DNA of 64,000 nt from Alloascoidea hylecoeti (taxonomy: Eukaryota): assembly GCA_001600815.1 (NCBI GenBank), contig BCKZ01000001.1:974613-1038612 (forward strand), written 5' to 3'. The notes under the pieces were generated by a model. That model worked only from the letters and a program-made list of their open reading frames with translations. It did no database searches and was not told where the DNA came from. Of this stretch, positions 22,259 to 34,668 are shown piece after piece (positions within the stretch are counted from its first letter, which is position 1; every line of letters starts with the position of its first letter). Both the position numbers and the translations under genes were made by a program.

Positions 22259-22894
22259 ATGATAACAATGAGAGGCAGCTTTACAAGATCTAACTATAGC
22301 TATAGAATGAGAGTTTTCAATGCAAATAATCTCATTGCAATTCCAACATTAATATCAAATCAAAAAAAGATCTATAGAATATTTAATGACAAAGAAGTTG
22401 TTCTAGTAGATTTACTTCATGAATTTCTAGGACATTTGACAATTGTATTTACAGAGAGTATTGAAGAGGTACAAAGAATTACTATTATATGCCGAGCATT
22501 AGGATTCAACGTCGTCCCGTTAGATGGATTAACGCCAAGTATTCGCTCTGAAGCTTTAAATGCTTGTATGTCTGAGAGATCAATTTTGATTGCTACAGAA
22601 GATGGTACTCGTGGTCTTAATATTCCTTTTGTTGATTTAGTTTTAAATTATGAGGTACCCCACAGTACAAATTCTTACGTTTACCGAGTTAGTATGACAT
22701 CCAGAGAAAGAAGATTAGGTACAGCAATTACACTTTTTTCGACACCACATGATATACAAACAATCTCAAGGATTGAAAATGGACTAAGAAGACGTTTGAT
22801 AATCCATGGGATTAACGATTTTCATATCGAGCAATTATATGAAGTAGTGAATCAAGCAAAACAGAAAGCTGCTAGAGAAATGATTCTTAGCTGA
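22259..22894 (+). CDS. Truncated RRP3 paralog (RecA2/helicase C-terminal domain only, motifs degenerate)
   Basis: Colinear with the RRP3 C-terminal half (LLHEFLGHLTIVF, VQRITIICRALGF, RGLNIPFVDLVLNY). The ORF is intact but motif VI reads YRVSMTSR. Confidence 0.7.
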   Translation: MITMRGSFTRSNYSYRMRVFNANNLIAIPTLISNQKKIYRIFNDKEVVLVDLLHEFLGHLTIVFTESIEEVQRITIICRALGFNVVPLDGLTPSIRSEALNACMSERSILIATEDGTRGLNIPFVDLVLNYEVPHSTNSYVYRVSMTSRERRLGTAITLFSTPHDIQTISRIENGLRRRLIIHGINDFHIEQLYEVVNQAKQKAAREMILS

Positions 22895-23053
22895 GACACA
22901 ATTAGAAGCTTATTTAGAGATGGTAGTATCTATAGGGATTAGAATTATGTTGCATGCGTAATTATCATACCGACAACGTATATTGTAGAACTTCAGACAC
23001 TCCATACATTTCTAATTATCTTCAAACACCAGTTCGCTATAAAATTAAAAACA

Positions 23054-24482
23054 ATGGATAGCAGCGATAATGAAAGGATAGGTACCCCTGAGATTCCGGG
23101 AATAAATGGAGCTCCAGATACACCAGGGAGTTATGAAAATGGGACCACAAAAAATATCCCTAATCCAGCACTTGAACTTGAAGAAGATGATGATGAAGAT
23201 ATACCAATTAAAAGAGGATCAAGGAAAACAGATAACGAGGATGCCAATGGATTATTTGATGATGATGATGATGAAGAGGACGGTAAATTTTCTAATGGGA
23301 AAAACGTTGATAGAAGACCAGCTGGTGACTCTGACGATGAGGATGATATATTTGGCGACAAGCCGACAAGTGGGCCTGAAACTAAGGATTCTCCACTTTA
23401 TGAGTATGTTCATGTTTACTATGAAAATTGAAAATTTCATTGTATATTGTGATACTAACATAACATTTAATTATAGTTCAAATCGATTGGATGAAGACCA
23501 AGAGGAGGTAGAACAACGCGAAATGGAAATATCAATACCAGCTCATGCCATATCACACAATTCTACATCAGTTTATACAGTTCGTGTTCCAACTTTTCTT
23601 TCAGTCGAGCCACGACCTTTTGATGCTGATGCTTTTTTGCAATCAGTTGAGAATTCTAAAAATAATAAAAAATCATATCTCAATAAATTAAAGGCCGAAA
23701 ACACGTTACGGTGGAGGTATAATAAGAACGAAGAAGGTAGTGTATATAAGCAATCAAATGCTCATTTCATTAAATGGTCAGATGGTTCATTATCAATGAA
23801 ATTAGGTAATGAAATTTTTGATGTGGTAAATAAACCAATAGCGGATACATTTTTGGCAATTTCTCATGATGCTCAGGAAATTCTTCAATCTTCAACAATG
23901 GTTGATAAGACAATGACATTTGTTCCAACTTCAACCTCTTCATCGATGCATAAAAAGTATACGGAGGCTCTCCTGAAACAACAGGTTAAACAAGCTTCTG
24001 TTAGAAACATTGCAACCAACGATGACCCTGATAGAATCAAAAGGGAGGCTGAAAAGGCGGAGGTTATTAATCTCAGGGCTAGAAGGAAGCTTGAAAATAA
24101 ACGAAGATTGCAAGATGAGAAGGGAGGAAAGGGAGCGGCAGGGTCCAATAACAAATATGGGTCACATTCGGATAGACTTGGTGGTTATGAGGACAGATAC
24201 GAACGACCTTCTTCATATTCTAGAGAGAAATATGATGAAGAAGACGATTTTGTTGTTGGAGATGACGAAGAAGAAGAAATCGATGCTATGAATAGTGACG
24301 ATGAAGATGAGGAAGAACTGGAGAGAGCAGAAAGGCTACGTAAAGTTAAAAGAGCTGGAACTGACAAGTATAGTGATAGAAATGATCACCGAGAGCAAGA
24401 AAAGAGAGTCGAGTCGGATGAAGATGCCAGTCGAGCTTCTAGAAAGAAGAGGAGAGTCATTTCCGACGACGAAGACGAGTAA
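23054..24482 (+). CDS. LEO1: Paf1 complex subunit Leo1; intron 23404-23476
   Basis: VPTFLSVEPRPFD, ENTLRWRY and SNAHFIKWSDGSLSM, with acidic termini. Confidence 0.92.
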
Positions 24483-24702
24483 CTGTATAATAATAATTCA
24501 AGTACACTGTTTCAGACACATCATATAAATAACGTTATAAAGCTGTAATAATATCTTCATTACGCCTTTAAAGGCAGGTAATTGGCGGGTAATCCACATC
24601 ACGTGTGTTTCCTCCAGCAGTATAACTTCCATTCCTTTTCTGCTTCTCCTGAACCTCCTCTGTATTTTCGTTTTATAAAAACTTCAATTGTAAAGGATAA
24701 TC

Positions 24703-25532
24703 ATGTCGTGGCAAGGTATGTTTTTATTTTCCATGATGAAGAGGACCACTTTGTAAATTTCGTTGGTCAACATTTAAAGGAGATCTGTCGTCATATCATT
24801 ATTTTGTTGTTTGGTGGGATGTTGATCATCGATCTGATCTTAAATTAAATTTTTTACAAAATGTTTACAAAGGATCTTTTGGGTGGGAAAAGGATCTCCA
24901 ATAAGAATTGATTTACTAACATCAATCTTTTATAGCATACGTTGACAATCTTGTTGGATCTGGAAAGGTTGACAAGGCCGCTATATACTCAAGAGCCGGA
25001 GACAGTGTCTGGGCCTCCAGTGCTGGTTTCTCTGTAAGTTTTTATGTGTGATTGACGGATTAAAAAAACGAATTACTAATTTTTTGTCTTATGTTTAGTT
25101 ATATGCCCCTGAAATCACTGAATTGGCAGGTGGATTTGATGATCCCTCAAGATTACAAGCTTCTGGTTTACATGCCGAAGGTCAAAAATACTTTTTGTTA
25201 AGGGCTGATGATCGTAGTATTTATGGTAAACAGGTATGTTGTTGATTCTTAATAAACGTATTAGGGTGGTTTGTGGGAAAAATGACGTGTGATTTTTCAT
25301 TTTATTATTTTTCCCTGGTGTGTTCACATGTCCACATCGCCCTTAATCAGTTAGGTGAAATTATGTTCTAACTTGTTTTTTTGCTTGGATATTATAGAAC
25401 AATCAAGGTCTTGTTGCTGTTAGAACTAAACAAGCAATATTAGTAGCCCATTATCCTGAAGGGGTTCAACCAGGTGAGGCTACAAAAGTTGTTGAGCAAT
25501 TGGCTGATTATTTGATTGGTGTGAATTATTAA
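24703..25532 (+). CDS. PFY1: Profilin; introns 24716-24935, 25034-25098, 25234-25397
   Basis: The spliced protein reads [31 protein letters not shown]...[17 protein letters not shown]...[12 protein letters not shown]...[13 protein letters not shown]. Confidence 0.95.
24729..24841 (+). ncRNA. Candidate intronic box C/D snoRNA in profilin intron 1
   Basis: A perfect C box (ATGATGA, 24733-24739) and D box (CTGA, 24834-24837) lie about 100 nt apart in an unusually long intron. No target is confirmed. Confidence 0.3.
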
Positions 25533-25968
25533 GTTTTTATTTAATGTTCGTAACATAACATCTGGAAAATTCTTTATAATTCAAATAGAATTGGAAATGG
25601 CTTAAATGACCCTTTTTTTTAACAATTAATGGGTCCATAAATTTATTTTTAAGTTTAAGTTTATTTTAGGCCTCAATATTTAGTTAAATTAAATTGTTAA
25701 TTGTTTTTTTTTTTCCCTAAATTTTATATTTATTGATTAGATTTGAATTTTTCCATTGAAAATTTGTATTAGTGTATTTGCAAATGGTTATAGTGTGGCC
25801 ATGTATTTGACAATTGACACCTAGTTCGTTTTATTAGGTGTTGATGCTCAAGCATGATCGCTAAAAAAAGGTCCTGTATTCTAGCATATGAAGCGATAGG
25901 TTGAAAATCTCCAATTTCTATTCCTATTTAGTCATTCAAACAGCAAGAAATTTTGCAACAAAAAAAAA

Positions 25969-26861
25969 ATGTATAAGCCAACTGTTATGCCTGCTACAAT
26001 ACCTCTCAATTATGACAAAATAATATTATTAGGAGATTCTTTAACAGAATATTCTTGTCAAACAAATCATGGTGGTCCAGGTTTAGGGCCAATGATTGAA
26101 AATGCTTATATGAGAAAAGTTGACGTTTTATTTAGAGGTTACGCTGGATATAATTCAGATGGTGCGAAATATATCGTCCCTAGAGTTTTAGCTGCTGAAC
26201 ATAATCAATTCACAAAGGTTAAACTTATGGTATGTTTTAATTTCAATTACAATATATCTATGTCAATCACTAATCAAATAATCCATGTGGTGGATCTACT
26301 TTATAATTCTTATAGATTATTATTCTAGGTTCTAATGATTCCGGTTTATCTGGTCCTCAATCTGTCCCAATTGACCGATTTAAGAAAAACATTGAATCAA
26401 TTATAACGGAATGTATGTCATTTGGTGTAAAACCCTTATTAGTTGGCCCATCACTTCATGATGAAGAATTATGGCAAAAAAGTATGAATTCCAGGGATCC
26501 ATTAGAATGGGCTCATAGTAATGCTACTCATAGACAATTTGCGGATGCTTCTAAATCAATTGCAAATAAATATGGTATTGCTTTTGTTGATTTACAACCA
26601 GCATTTTTACAATATGGAGGATGGAAAGTTGGAGAGGAACATCTTGAAGGGATTGAAAATTTACTTTGGGATGGGGTTCATTATACGTCAACTGCTTATG
26701 GGATTGCTTTTGAAGAAATAATGAACAGTATTAGATTAAATTATCCTGATGTTGCACCAGAGGCATTGTCTACTAAGTTATCTCACTGGAGTGGATTGAA
26801 TGTTAATGATCTTGAAGCGACAATCTTTGTAGATCAACCAGGTCAAAATATTATAGAATAG
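25969..26861 (+). CDS. IAH1: SGNH/GDSL esterase, Iah1-like; intron 26230-26315
   Basis: GDSLTE, RGYAGYNS, GSND and DGVH catalytic blocks. Confidence 0.85.
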
Positions 26862-26963
26862 ACTAGAATATAAATATATTACAACCTTATACCCTTGTTT
26901 TATAAGCATTTGATCTTCATGATCTCTTCTTCCTTCATATTTAGAAGTATCAATTGATATAAA

Positions 26964-27481
26964 ATGTCACCAAGGCAAAAAGAATATATTGTGGTTATTC
27001 CTGATTTCCCAAATGCCGTATGTGCAAATGCAATTTTTTTTAAGAAGCATAATTACTGTCCTAACATCAATATAGGATAGATCTCCATACAGAGAAGAGC
27101 ATCTTTCTGGATTCCCACCTCTAGTCGATAAAGGTGTTTATTCATTAGTTGGTATGTTTGTCAGTCATGAGCTCGCAATCGAGGTTTTTAAGCCTTGTTT
27201 TCAAATGATGTTAAAACCTTACTAATTAATGTTCAATAGGTCCTACTATTTCAGACGATAAACCAGGTCCAACAGGTTCCCTTTTCAGTGTTATTGCTGA
27301 TTCGTCTGAAGAGGCCTTGGAAATAGTTAAAAAAGATACTTTTGCTAGAAATGGGGTTTGGGATATTTCAAAAGCTCAGATTTTTCCAGTAAGTATACAT
27401 TAATAGTTATGTTATGGTATTGAAGTGCTGATCTAACATTTCTTTTAATTTTAGTATATTCCATTTGCTAGATCAAAGTAG
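26964..27481 (+). CDS. YCII-related domain protein; introns 27018-27075, 27152-27239, 27389-27454
   Basis: The spliced protein reads EYIVVIPDFPNA-DRSPYREEHL...GP...GSLFSVIADSSEEALEIVKKDTFARNGVWD...QIFP. It is absent from the ORF track. Confidence 0.82.
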
Positions 27482-27764
27482 ATCATTCCATTGATTTCCC
27501 AAAGATAACTAATTATAATAGATTTAAAATAAAGTAGAATAAATATTATATTAAAATATGAATATATTGTACAATTCAATAGTGAATAATAATATTAGTA
27601 GCGTATTATAACGCCAATTAAAGAGATTGAAAGTTGTCCATAGTGGAGGTTTAAATTTCATCATGGTTGTGCCGGATTACGTTTTCCTGGGGTTCAGAAT
27701 AACTTTGTTTACAACTGTACTTCTTATCTGCTAGCTACGACTCTTCTTCTTTTTTACATAACAT

Positions 27765-28640
27765 ATAGAAATCAAGACAATTGAGAGTGAAAATAGTAGT
27801 CCTAAATTCTCCAAGACAAGTATACCTTTAGTTAAGGTATCCGGTACTTCATACGAAATCGGATTTGCACACGGTTCAATAGCAAAAAAACATCCATAAA
27901 TTAATCGCATATCACCATATTATATTCAGAACAAAATATAATTACAATTGAAAACAGGTTGGCGAACTAGTTGAGAAATTTGTTCTAACATTAGAAACGC
28001 TTGTCCCGAAATTAATTAAGACATGAAAGGGATTGCAGATGGAGCAAGTGTTGAATAGTTGGATATCTTATCGCTTAATTCAAGATCAGAGATTTTTAGG
28101 TATGGATTTTCAGATGGTTGTACTAGTATTGGACAAATTGATCATACCACAAAAGAAATCTACATTGATCAGAATGGGATTAGATTTCGCTATGTAAAGA
28201 TAAATTTGTTGCGCTTGATATCACACAGCTGAATACTAAGATACGACGTATTTTCTTGATAGCTGAAGCCGGATTCGTGGGTAAACATGGCCTCAACTCT
28301 AGTGGAGTTGGATTACTTCAAAATGCAATCGAATACCCTTCTGTTGATGTTATCCACTGGCTTATTAAAATTGCGACCAGAGAGGCTTTAGAGCAGCATA
28401 CAGCTGCTGATTCTTAAGCTGTTTTATAGAAAACATGGTGTTGCTAGTAGTTGCCGATAGCGCACAGACTTTTAATATTGAAGCTACACCTTTGGGAATC
28501 CGAGTGATCAAGCCGACTATTAACCAAATTGGAGATAACTTGGTTACACACAAAGATCGACAGTTGGAGAGACATTCGATCAAGATTAAGTGATATCCAA
28601 AACTGTCCCTGAACATGAAGCGATCATTACCATCTGTACC
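27765..28640 (+). pseudogene. Pseudogene of a peptidase C45 / isopenicillin-N acyltransferase (AAT)-like Ntn hydrolase
   Basis: SGTSYEIGFAHG, MKGIADGA, LNSRSEI, DGCTS (28113-28127), QN(W)D and EAGFVGKHGLNSSGVG, interrupted by stops (27949, 28056) and frameshifts. The 3' end is approximate. Confidence 0.85.
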
Positions 28641-28886
28641 ATCATGGACTTGACGAAATTGAAGGCAAACATTAGTATCGGAGAACCTTCCACAAACCCT
28701 GAACAAAATATATACAGATTAGACTAGGTTTTTATACGTATTTGAATATTTTTTGTATTTTTACTATTAAATCCATGGGCCATAGCCAGTGTAGCCACAT
28801 GATCAAACTCACTTCCATATAATTGATTTCAACTGTTTGCCATCATCCCCCTTCTTTTTAACTGGAACTTTAGCTATACAACCATC

Positions 28887-30409
28887 ATGGACTACAACCG
28901 GTCTCAATATGATCCTTCAAGACCTCCGCCAATTCCACCCCGCCCAGCTAACTGGCGTCCAACAATTTCCCAGCAACACATCCCTCCTGGACAAAGAGGA
29001 CTTCAACCTCACGGCCCAGCACACGGTCAGGGCTATAGATCGGTCTTATATTTTTGCAAGTGTGTAAACAAGATCTACATATTGTTTCATTCATACTTAC
29101 TAACCTTTTTCTTTCACTACTTTAGCTGGGCAATTTATGCTAGAAAACATAAACCAAAAGACATTCCATTTGATCATGTTTCTCATATCCTTTATGCCTT
29201 CTGTAACGTTGATGCCGGCTCAGGAGAAGTAAGATTAAGCGATACTTGGTCAGATCTTGAAATTTGTTTAGATGGAAATCAATCAAATCAACTGAAAGGC
29301 TGTTTCGGATCACTATTTACAATTAAACAAAAACATAGAAACTTAAAGTTAATGCTCTCGATTGGTGGTTGGACCTATTCACCTGCTTTAGCCCAAGGCT
29401 GTGATTCCGAAACTAAAAGACTCAATTTTGCTAAAACATCTGTTAAATTACTTTCTGAATTAGGTCTTGATGGAATTGATATAGATTGGGAATATCCAAA
29501 TGATCCACAACAAGCTTATGAAATTGTTGATTTATTATATAAAGTTAGAATTGAATTAGATCAATTTGCATCCTCTGTTGGGGCTCCAAGGGATCAATTT
29601 GAATTATCAATTGCTGCTCCCGCCAGTTTAGAAAAAATGCAAAAATTAAGAATTAGAGATATGGATAAATATTTATCATTTTGGAATGTTATGTGTTATG
29701 ATTTTGGAGGGTCTTGGAGTTCAAAAGTTGAACATTTGGGTAATTTATATGGAGGTGATATATCTGGTGATCAAGCTCTACGATATTATATGGATAATGG
29801 AGTTCCTGCTAATAAATTAGTTATGGGGATGCCTGCTTATGGTAAGTTATTTGATAGTGATAACATTTAATGTTATAGATCCTGTTCATTCAATTGAGAG
29901 GCTAACTAACTCTTCTTATTATAGGACGTGCTTTTGCAAATACAAATGGTTTCGGCCAATCTTTCTCGGGTGTGGGTGAAGGCTCATGGGAACAAGGCTG
30001 TTGGGACTATAAAGCTTTACCATTTCGAAATTCAGTTGAGCAATACGATCCCCGGTTGGTGGCTGCCTATTGTTATGACCCATCATCTCGAGTTTTCGTT
30101 TCTTATGATAATCAAGAATGTGCAAGGGCTAAAGCTGTAAGTATCACACCCTATCATCATTACTATAGGACTTTATTTCTAACTTTATATTAATATGCAT
30201 AGTCATATGTTCAACAGAAAAGATTAGGAGGAGGAATGTGGTGGGAATCAAGTGGAGATTTCCCCATAAGTCATCCAAAATCTCTTGTTTTAAACTTCGT
30301 GCATACTTTAGGTGGTTCATCGGCTATTGATAATTCAAATAATTGGTTAAATTACCCAGAAAGTAAATATAAAAATATTAGGGAAGGTCCTCGAAATAAA
30401 CAGTATTAA
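28887..30409 (+). CDS. GH18 chitinase (Cts2/Cht4-like, no signal peptide); introns 29060-29125, 29842-29924, 30137-30202
   Basis: YFCN|WAIY, SIGGWTYS, DGIDIDWEYP, MCYDF, SYDN and LGGGMWWESSGD. Confidence 0.92.
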
Positions 30410-31568
30410 ACTATTATAGTTACAAGTCAAGGGAAATAAAAAGTTGTTACATGATGAAATTGTTCTTTTAAATTAGGGTTACCATATTCTATGTTACTTG
30501 TAAGTTATAACAGCTTCAGTAAATCACGGATATTTGTAATTCTAATTTCTATCATTATTTGTATCTTCCACTATTTAACTATATTTATCACTCGATTGCG
30601 TACGGTATAAGTCTTAATTATAAGCTTATATGTATACGTAATAGATGAAAATTCTTTCCTTGCAATATCGAGGAGGATCCAAATATATTAGGCTGGTTTT
30701 GAACTTATAATTATAAACCCATTATATAATGATGAAAAATCAAAAAAGAAGAAATTAAATTGAAACAATTATGGTATCGACTTAATTGTTCATATATGCC
30801 CTCTTCGTGTATAGTTGTGCAATGATTATCAAATGATCTATATCTAAGCGTTATACCTCAAATAGAGCAGTTTTTGACATGTGTGAAAGCTTGGCTGCGG
30901 GTGAAGCGGCCGGGAGTTGAAGATGGGACAGTTGATTAAAAAGTTTACAGAAAACGATATAATATTATAACAATTTCTAAGAACACCTTATAATTATGTC
31001 TTGTTTTAGGAAGTGTAGATCAAAAGAGCCTTTATAGTGTTACAGATACAACTTGAACAAGTAATCGTTAATAAAGAGTTGCTAATAAATTTCCGGAACG
31101 AAATCGGTAGTAAATTCTTAAATTTAAAGAATGCTGCTAAATATAACAATTTTTAGAGGCGCTAGTTTTTGTTTTGCGAATATTCTAAGAGATCACTAGC
31201 TAATTTATTATAAATATGATGGCTAAATATTTCCATATTCGTTCACTAATTACTTTCTCGGAACTCTCTAATTATAAGCATAAAGATCACCCTATACCTA
31301 AAAAGAATAGCCGCTTACGAAATCATCTCTTCCATTAAATCATCCAACTGGATCTTTTAATACGGTATAGCTTGTGATTATAATTATATTTTGAAGTATG
31401 TATAAGATAAATTATATAGAAGAGAGAGTATCTTATAGAAGTACAAAGATAATTCATATAAATAAGAAATTAAATTAATTTTTGAATGTTTTAATATAAT
31501 TGTATTATTATCTTCTTTAAGAAAAAAGGAGCAATAGTGTATGTATTATTAGTATTCGAATTCTTTAA

Positions 31569-32545
31569 TCAATCGAAATTAAAAGAAACAAGTGATCGAG
31601 TACTTGCCCAATCATCGTTAGCAACAAAGTCCATAACAACAATTCCACATTCCTTATTAAACGAGTCTTCAATCCCTTTTGATTTTAAACCTTCCGCAAC
31701 TTTCTTTGGCCAACAAGATGGTTCAAAAAAATTTGCGCCGGAACAAAAGTTAAGGTATAGTTTAGGATCTGAATTGGTGGCATTGTATTGAGCAGCATCT
31801 TTTATACCATCTTTTATGTAGTTGGCTTTTTTCTCGATATCTTCTTCTTGATTGAGTTCACACCAATCTTGAACAATAAATTCACCGCGATCATCTCGGG
31901 TTGTGTTATAATCCCACCATGATGCTTCAAATCCATAATTATTTCTCTTATTATCATCTTTAACTCCAAATCTTCTAAATAATACAGCGCGGCCTCTAGC
32001 ATCACCCAATCTGGGGATTCCTGGTTGTAGGTACCATTTGTCTTGATTTGGTTCGATATATCGATCCCAAATTAGATTTGGGAAATCGTCATTCTCCCAC
32101 TTGTCATCACCTTCCTGCTTGATTGATACTATGACAATCTCCGATTGATGATGATGTAAAAATTCGTACACCTCATCCAAAATCGATGATAAATGGACTG
32201 GTAAAGGAATACGAACTGGAAATTTTCCATGAATTATTTGTAGGTTCTCCTTATCATCGCTCAGTGAAACGAATTGTTTAGCAACTCTTAGATCGAGAAA
32301 TCTAATGCCATGTTCTAGTTGTTTTGTAACGGAGGCATTTTGACACTTGACAGTGGGTACTAATTACAAGCGTGGTTAGCAATACAACTTAAAAACGATT
32401 TATAATCATACATACAAGAAGCCTTGTGAGAAGCAGCACTATTGTGAGTTCCTGGAATTGACAATTTGGACAACAATACATCATCACCAACGTTCTTTTG
32501 CCAGTCCTTTAAGGCATCAAGTTCAATTAAATTATTAGGGGCCAT
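31569..32545 (-). CDS. Bacterial-type phosphatidylinositol-specific phospholipase C (Candida Plc2/3-like); intron 32415-32360
   Basis: LSIPGTHNSAA, KCQ, GIRFLDLR, IHGKFP, PRLGDARG, VQDWCE and LYLNFCSG. Confidence 0.9.
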
Positions 32546-34668
32546 TGTATAAAGATGAAATAAATTAAAAAGGGATTTCAATGAGAAAAGAGCAATATTA
32601 AAGTAGAAGAATAGAATTACTGTCAGCTTGAAATCTAGATATACACCGCAATCTTATAATGTATTGTTTTAGCTGTTAAGCTAAATTGCAGACATTAATT
32701 TACAATAAAGCCTCATGAGCTCATTTTCCCCGAGCTAAAAGTTAAAATTCTGCGGCTGGGAAAATCTATTAAGTAGATGTTGCAACTAATAATATTATAT
32801 TCCTTCAACACTTTTCAGTTACTATAAATTATTATTAAACTCATTAAATTTGATTTACTAATGGGAATAGCTTTAGATCTTTATACTATCTTAGCTAAGC
32901 CTGCATCTTTTTGTTAGTTTTCAATTGCAATTGTTTAATTCAAGTTTAAGATGTGAAAATTAAAGACGTCATATACAACGTTTAAACTTAATCCCAGCGA
33001 GATTCATATTCAGCCACACGATACACTAAAGAATCGGCCATTTCATGAATATTTAGTTAAAAAGTGGCTGACATTAAGTGGAAACATGATAAAACCTTAT
33101 AAACTTATAAAATTACATGCGGTAACATTTGATCATGTTCGATAACCGTAGGGTATTTAGATATGTATTGGGTATAATATAGGGCTATAAGGTCTTATGC
33201 CTACAGCCTTCCACTGGGTGTGTGCTGGTACGTTCGAATCACACGAATCGGTAAGCGCCGTATATTTTTTTTCCGCTGCAGAAAAGAAACTTACGACCTC
33301 TTAAATCAAGAAGAAGTCTGGACGCGGTAAATGCTTTGAACAAATTACACTTGAACCGAACACACCGCTTTCACAGATTGCCTCAGAGAATAGTGTGCAA
33401 TGCTATATGAAATAAAGAATGCATATGGTGGAGACTCCTAGAGGTTATATTAATTGGATTTTGATATCTATGTGCTTTATACTTTAATTATGAATAAGTT
33501 CTAATAATGAAACATGGAGGATTGTGTATGCTAAAGAATGACATTTAAAAAATAATATTATTATGTATATATAATAATTATAGGTTTATAATTATGTACG
33601 ATTACAATAGACTATAAGGAATTTTTCAGCTCTCCAAAGAACACCCTAAGAGCGCTACTGAAAAAATATGGATATGAAACATATTCGGAACCTAAGGGTC
33701 TTTTCTGAATGAGAAGAACCAAAGTAACAGAGGGATATGCTAAAAATAGAGTGGTCTCAGAGAATTTGGGATGCGGTCGTATTCAGTGGCAAATGTTCGG
33801 TCCCTACAAGATCCGCTTCCGGTGAAGTATAGGATATGCTTGACAGCAGTCACACTAGGCGTTTAAATCTTACAATTTGTAACATAAGGAGGTCAAACTT
33901 CAGTTTAAAGAGCTCGGGTGGTTGGGAATATTACTAATACTCCAGGTTAAAGTGGCAGCCGTTTATGATATTAAGGGCGCTATCACTCAATATTAAACTT
34001 AAAATGCCATTTTAGAGACCAATGGATTCTCTAGAGTTGGCACAACGTTATACGGTGTAAGGAATTGTAGAGTACTCAGTAGCTGGTTATAGTATTTATT
34101 TGGAGCGGTAACCCGAAAAAAGTGTCAGTTACGTTTAGACTTGGCCGTGTAGTGTAAATGAGATCAGAAACACATTTACTAAGTAAAGCATCGATGTAAA
34201 AAGTACACACCAATTATTATCAAGTCTTTTTAACTGGTCGTGGCTGTATTATATATAATACGATAATAGTAACCCGGAAATTCGCGCCGTTAAAAAACTG
34301 GGATCGTGAGATTAAGTGCACGATTAAAAGATCATCCTTGCGACCATCTTATGACACATTCCCAGTGGCGAAGCCATTCAAAGGGATTGCATGAGAAGCA
34401 TTAAGGACCCTCGGCAAACCTGTAGCAGTTACACCTGGAACCGTGGAAAGTCTGGCGGAAAGTCTCGCCCAATATTGTTGGGATGTCCGGGTAACCATTG
34501 GCCATTTCCGTGCGCAGCGCGCATTTTCATATGTTTTCATGCGCCATCATTACAACTATGTGTGGCGAATCTTCGTTCGGAAAGAGCGGATATACAGCTG
34601 TACATGTTATAATGTTATAAATCATCCTGCTTTATCTTATTTTCCTTTCCAACTCGTCTTTTGCTGTA

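Noticed and set aside
23106..23476. Apparent frameshift or overlapping ORFs at LEO1
   Set aside because: Explained by the canonical intron 23404-23476 (GTATGT...TACTAAC...TAG).
33229..33241. GTTCGAATC B-box-like motif (another at about 18692)
   Set aside because: No cloverleaf or A box around either site.
33640..33826. GC-richer stretch with a short frame ending FGPYKI (integrase GPY-like)
   Set aside because: A single short motif with no other integrase features, so probably chance.
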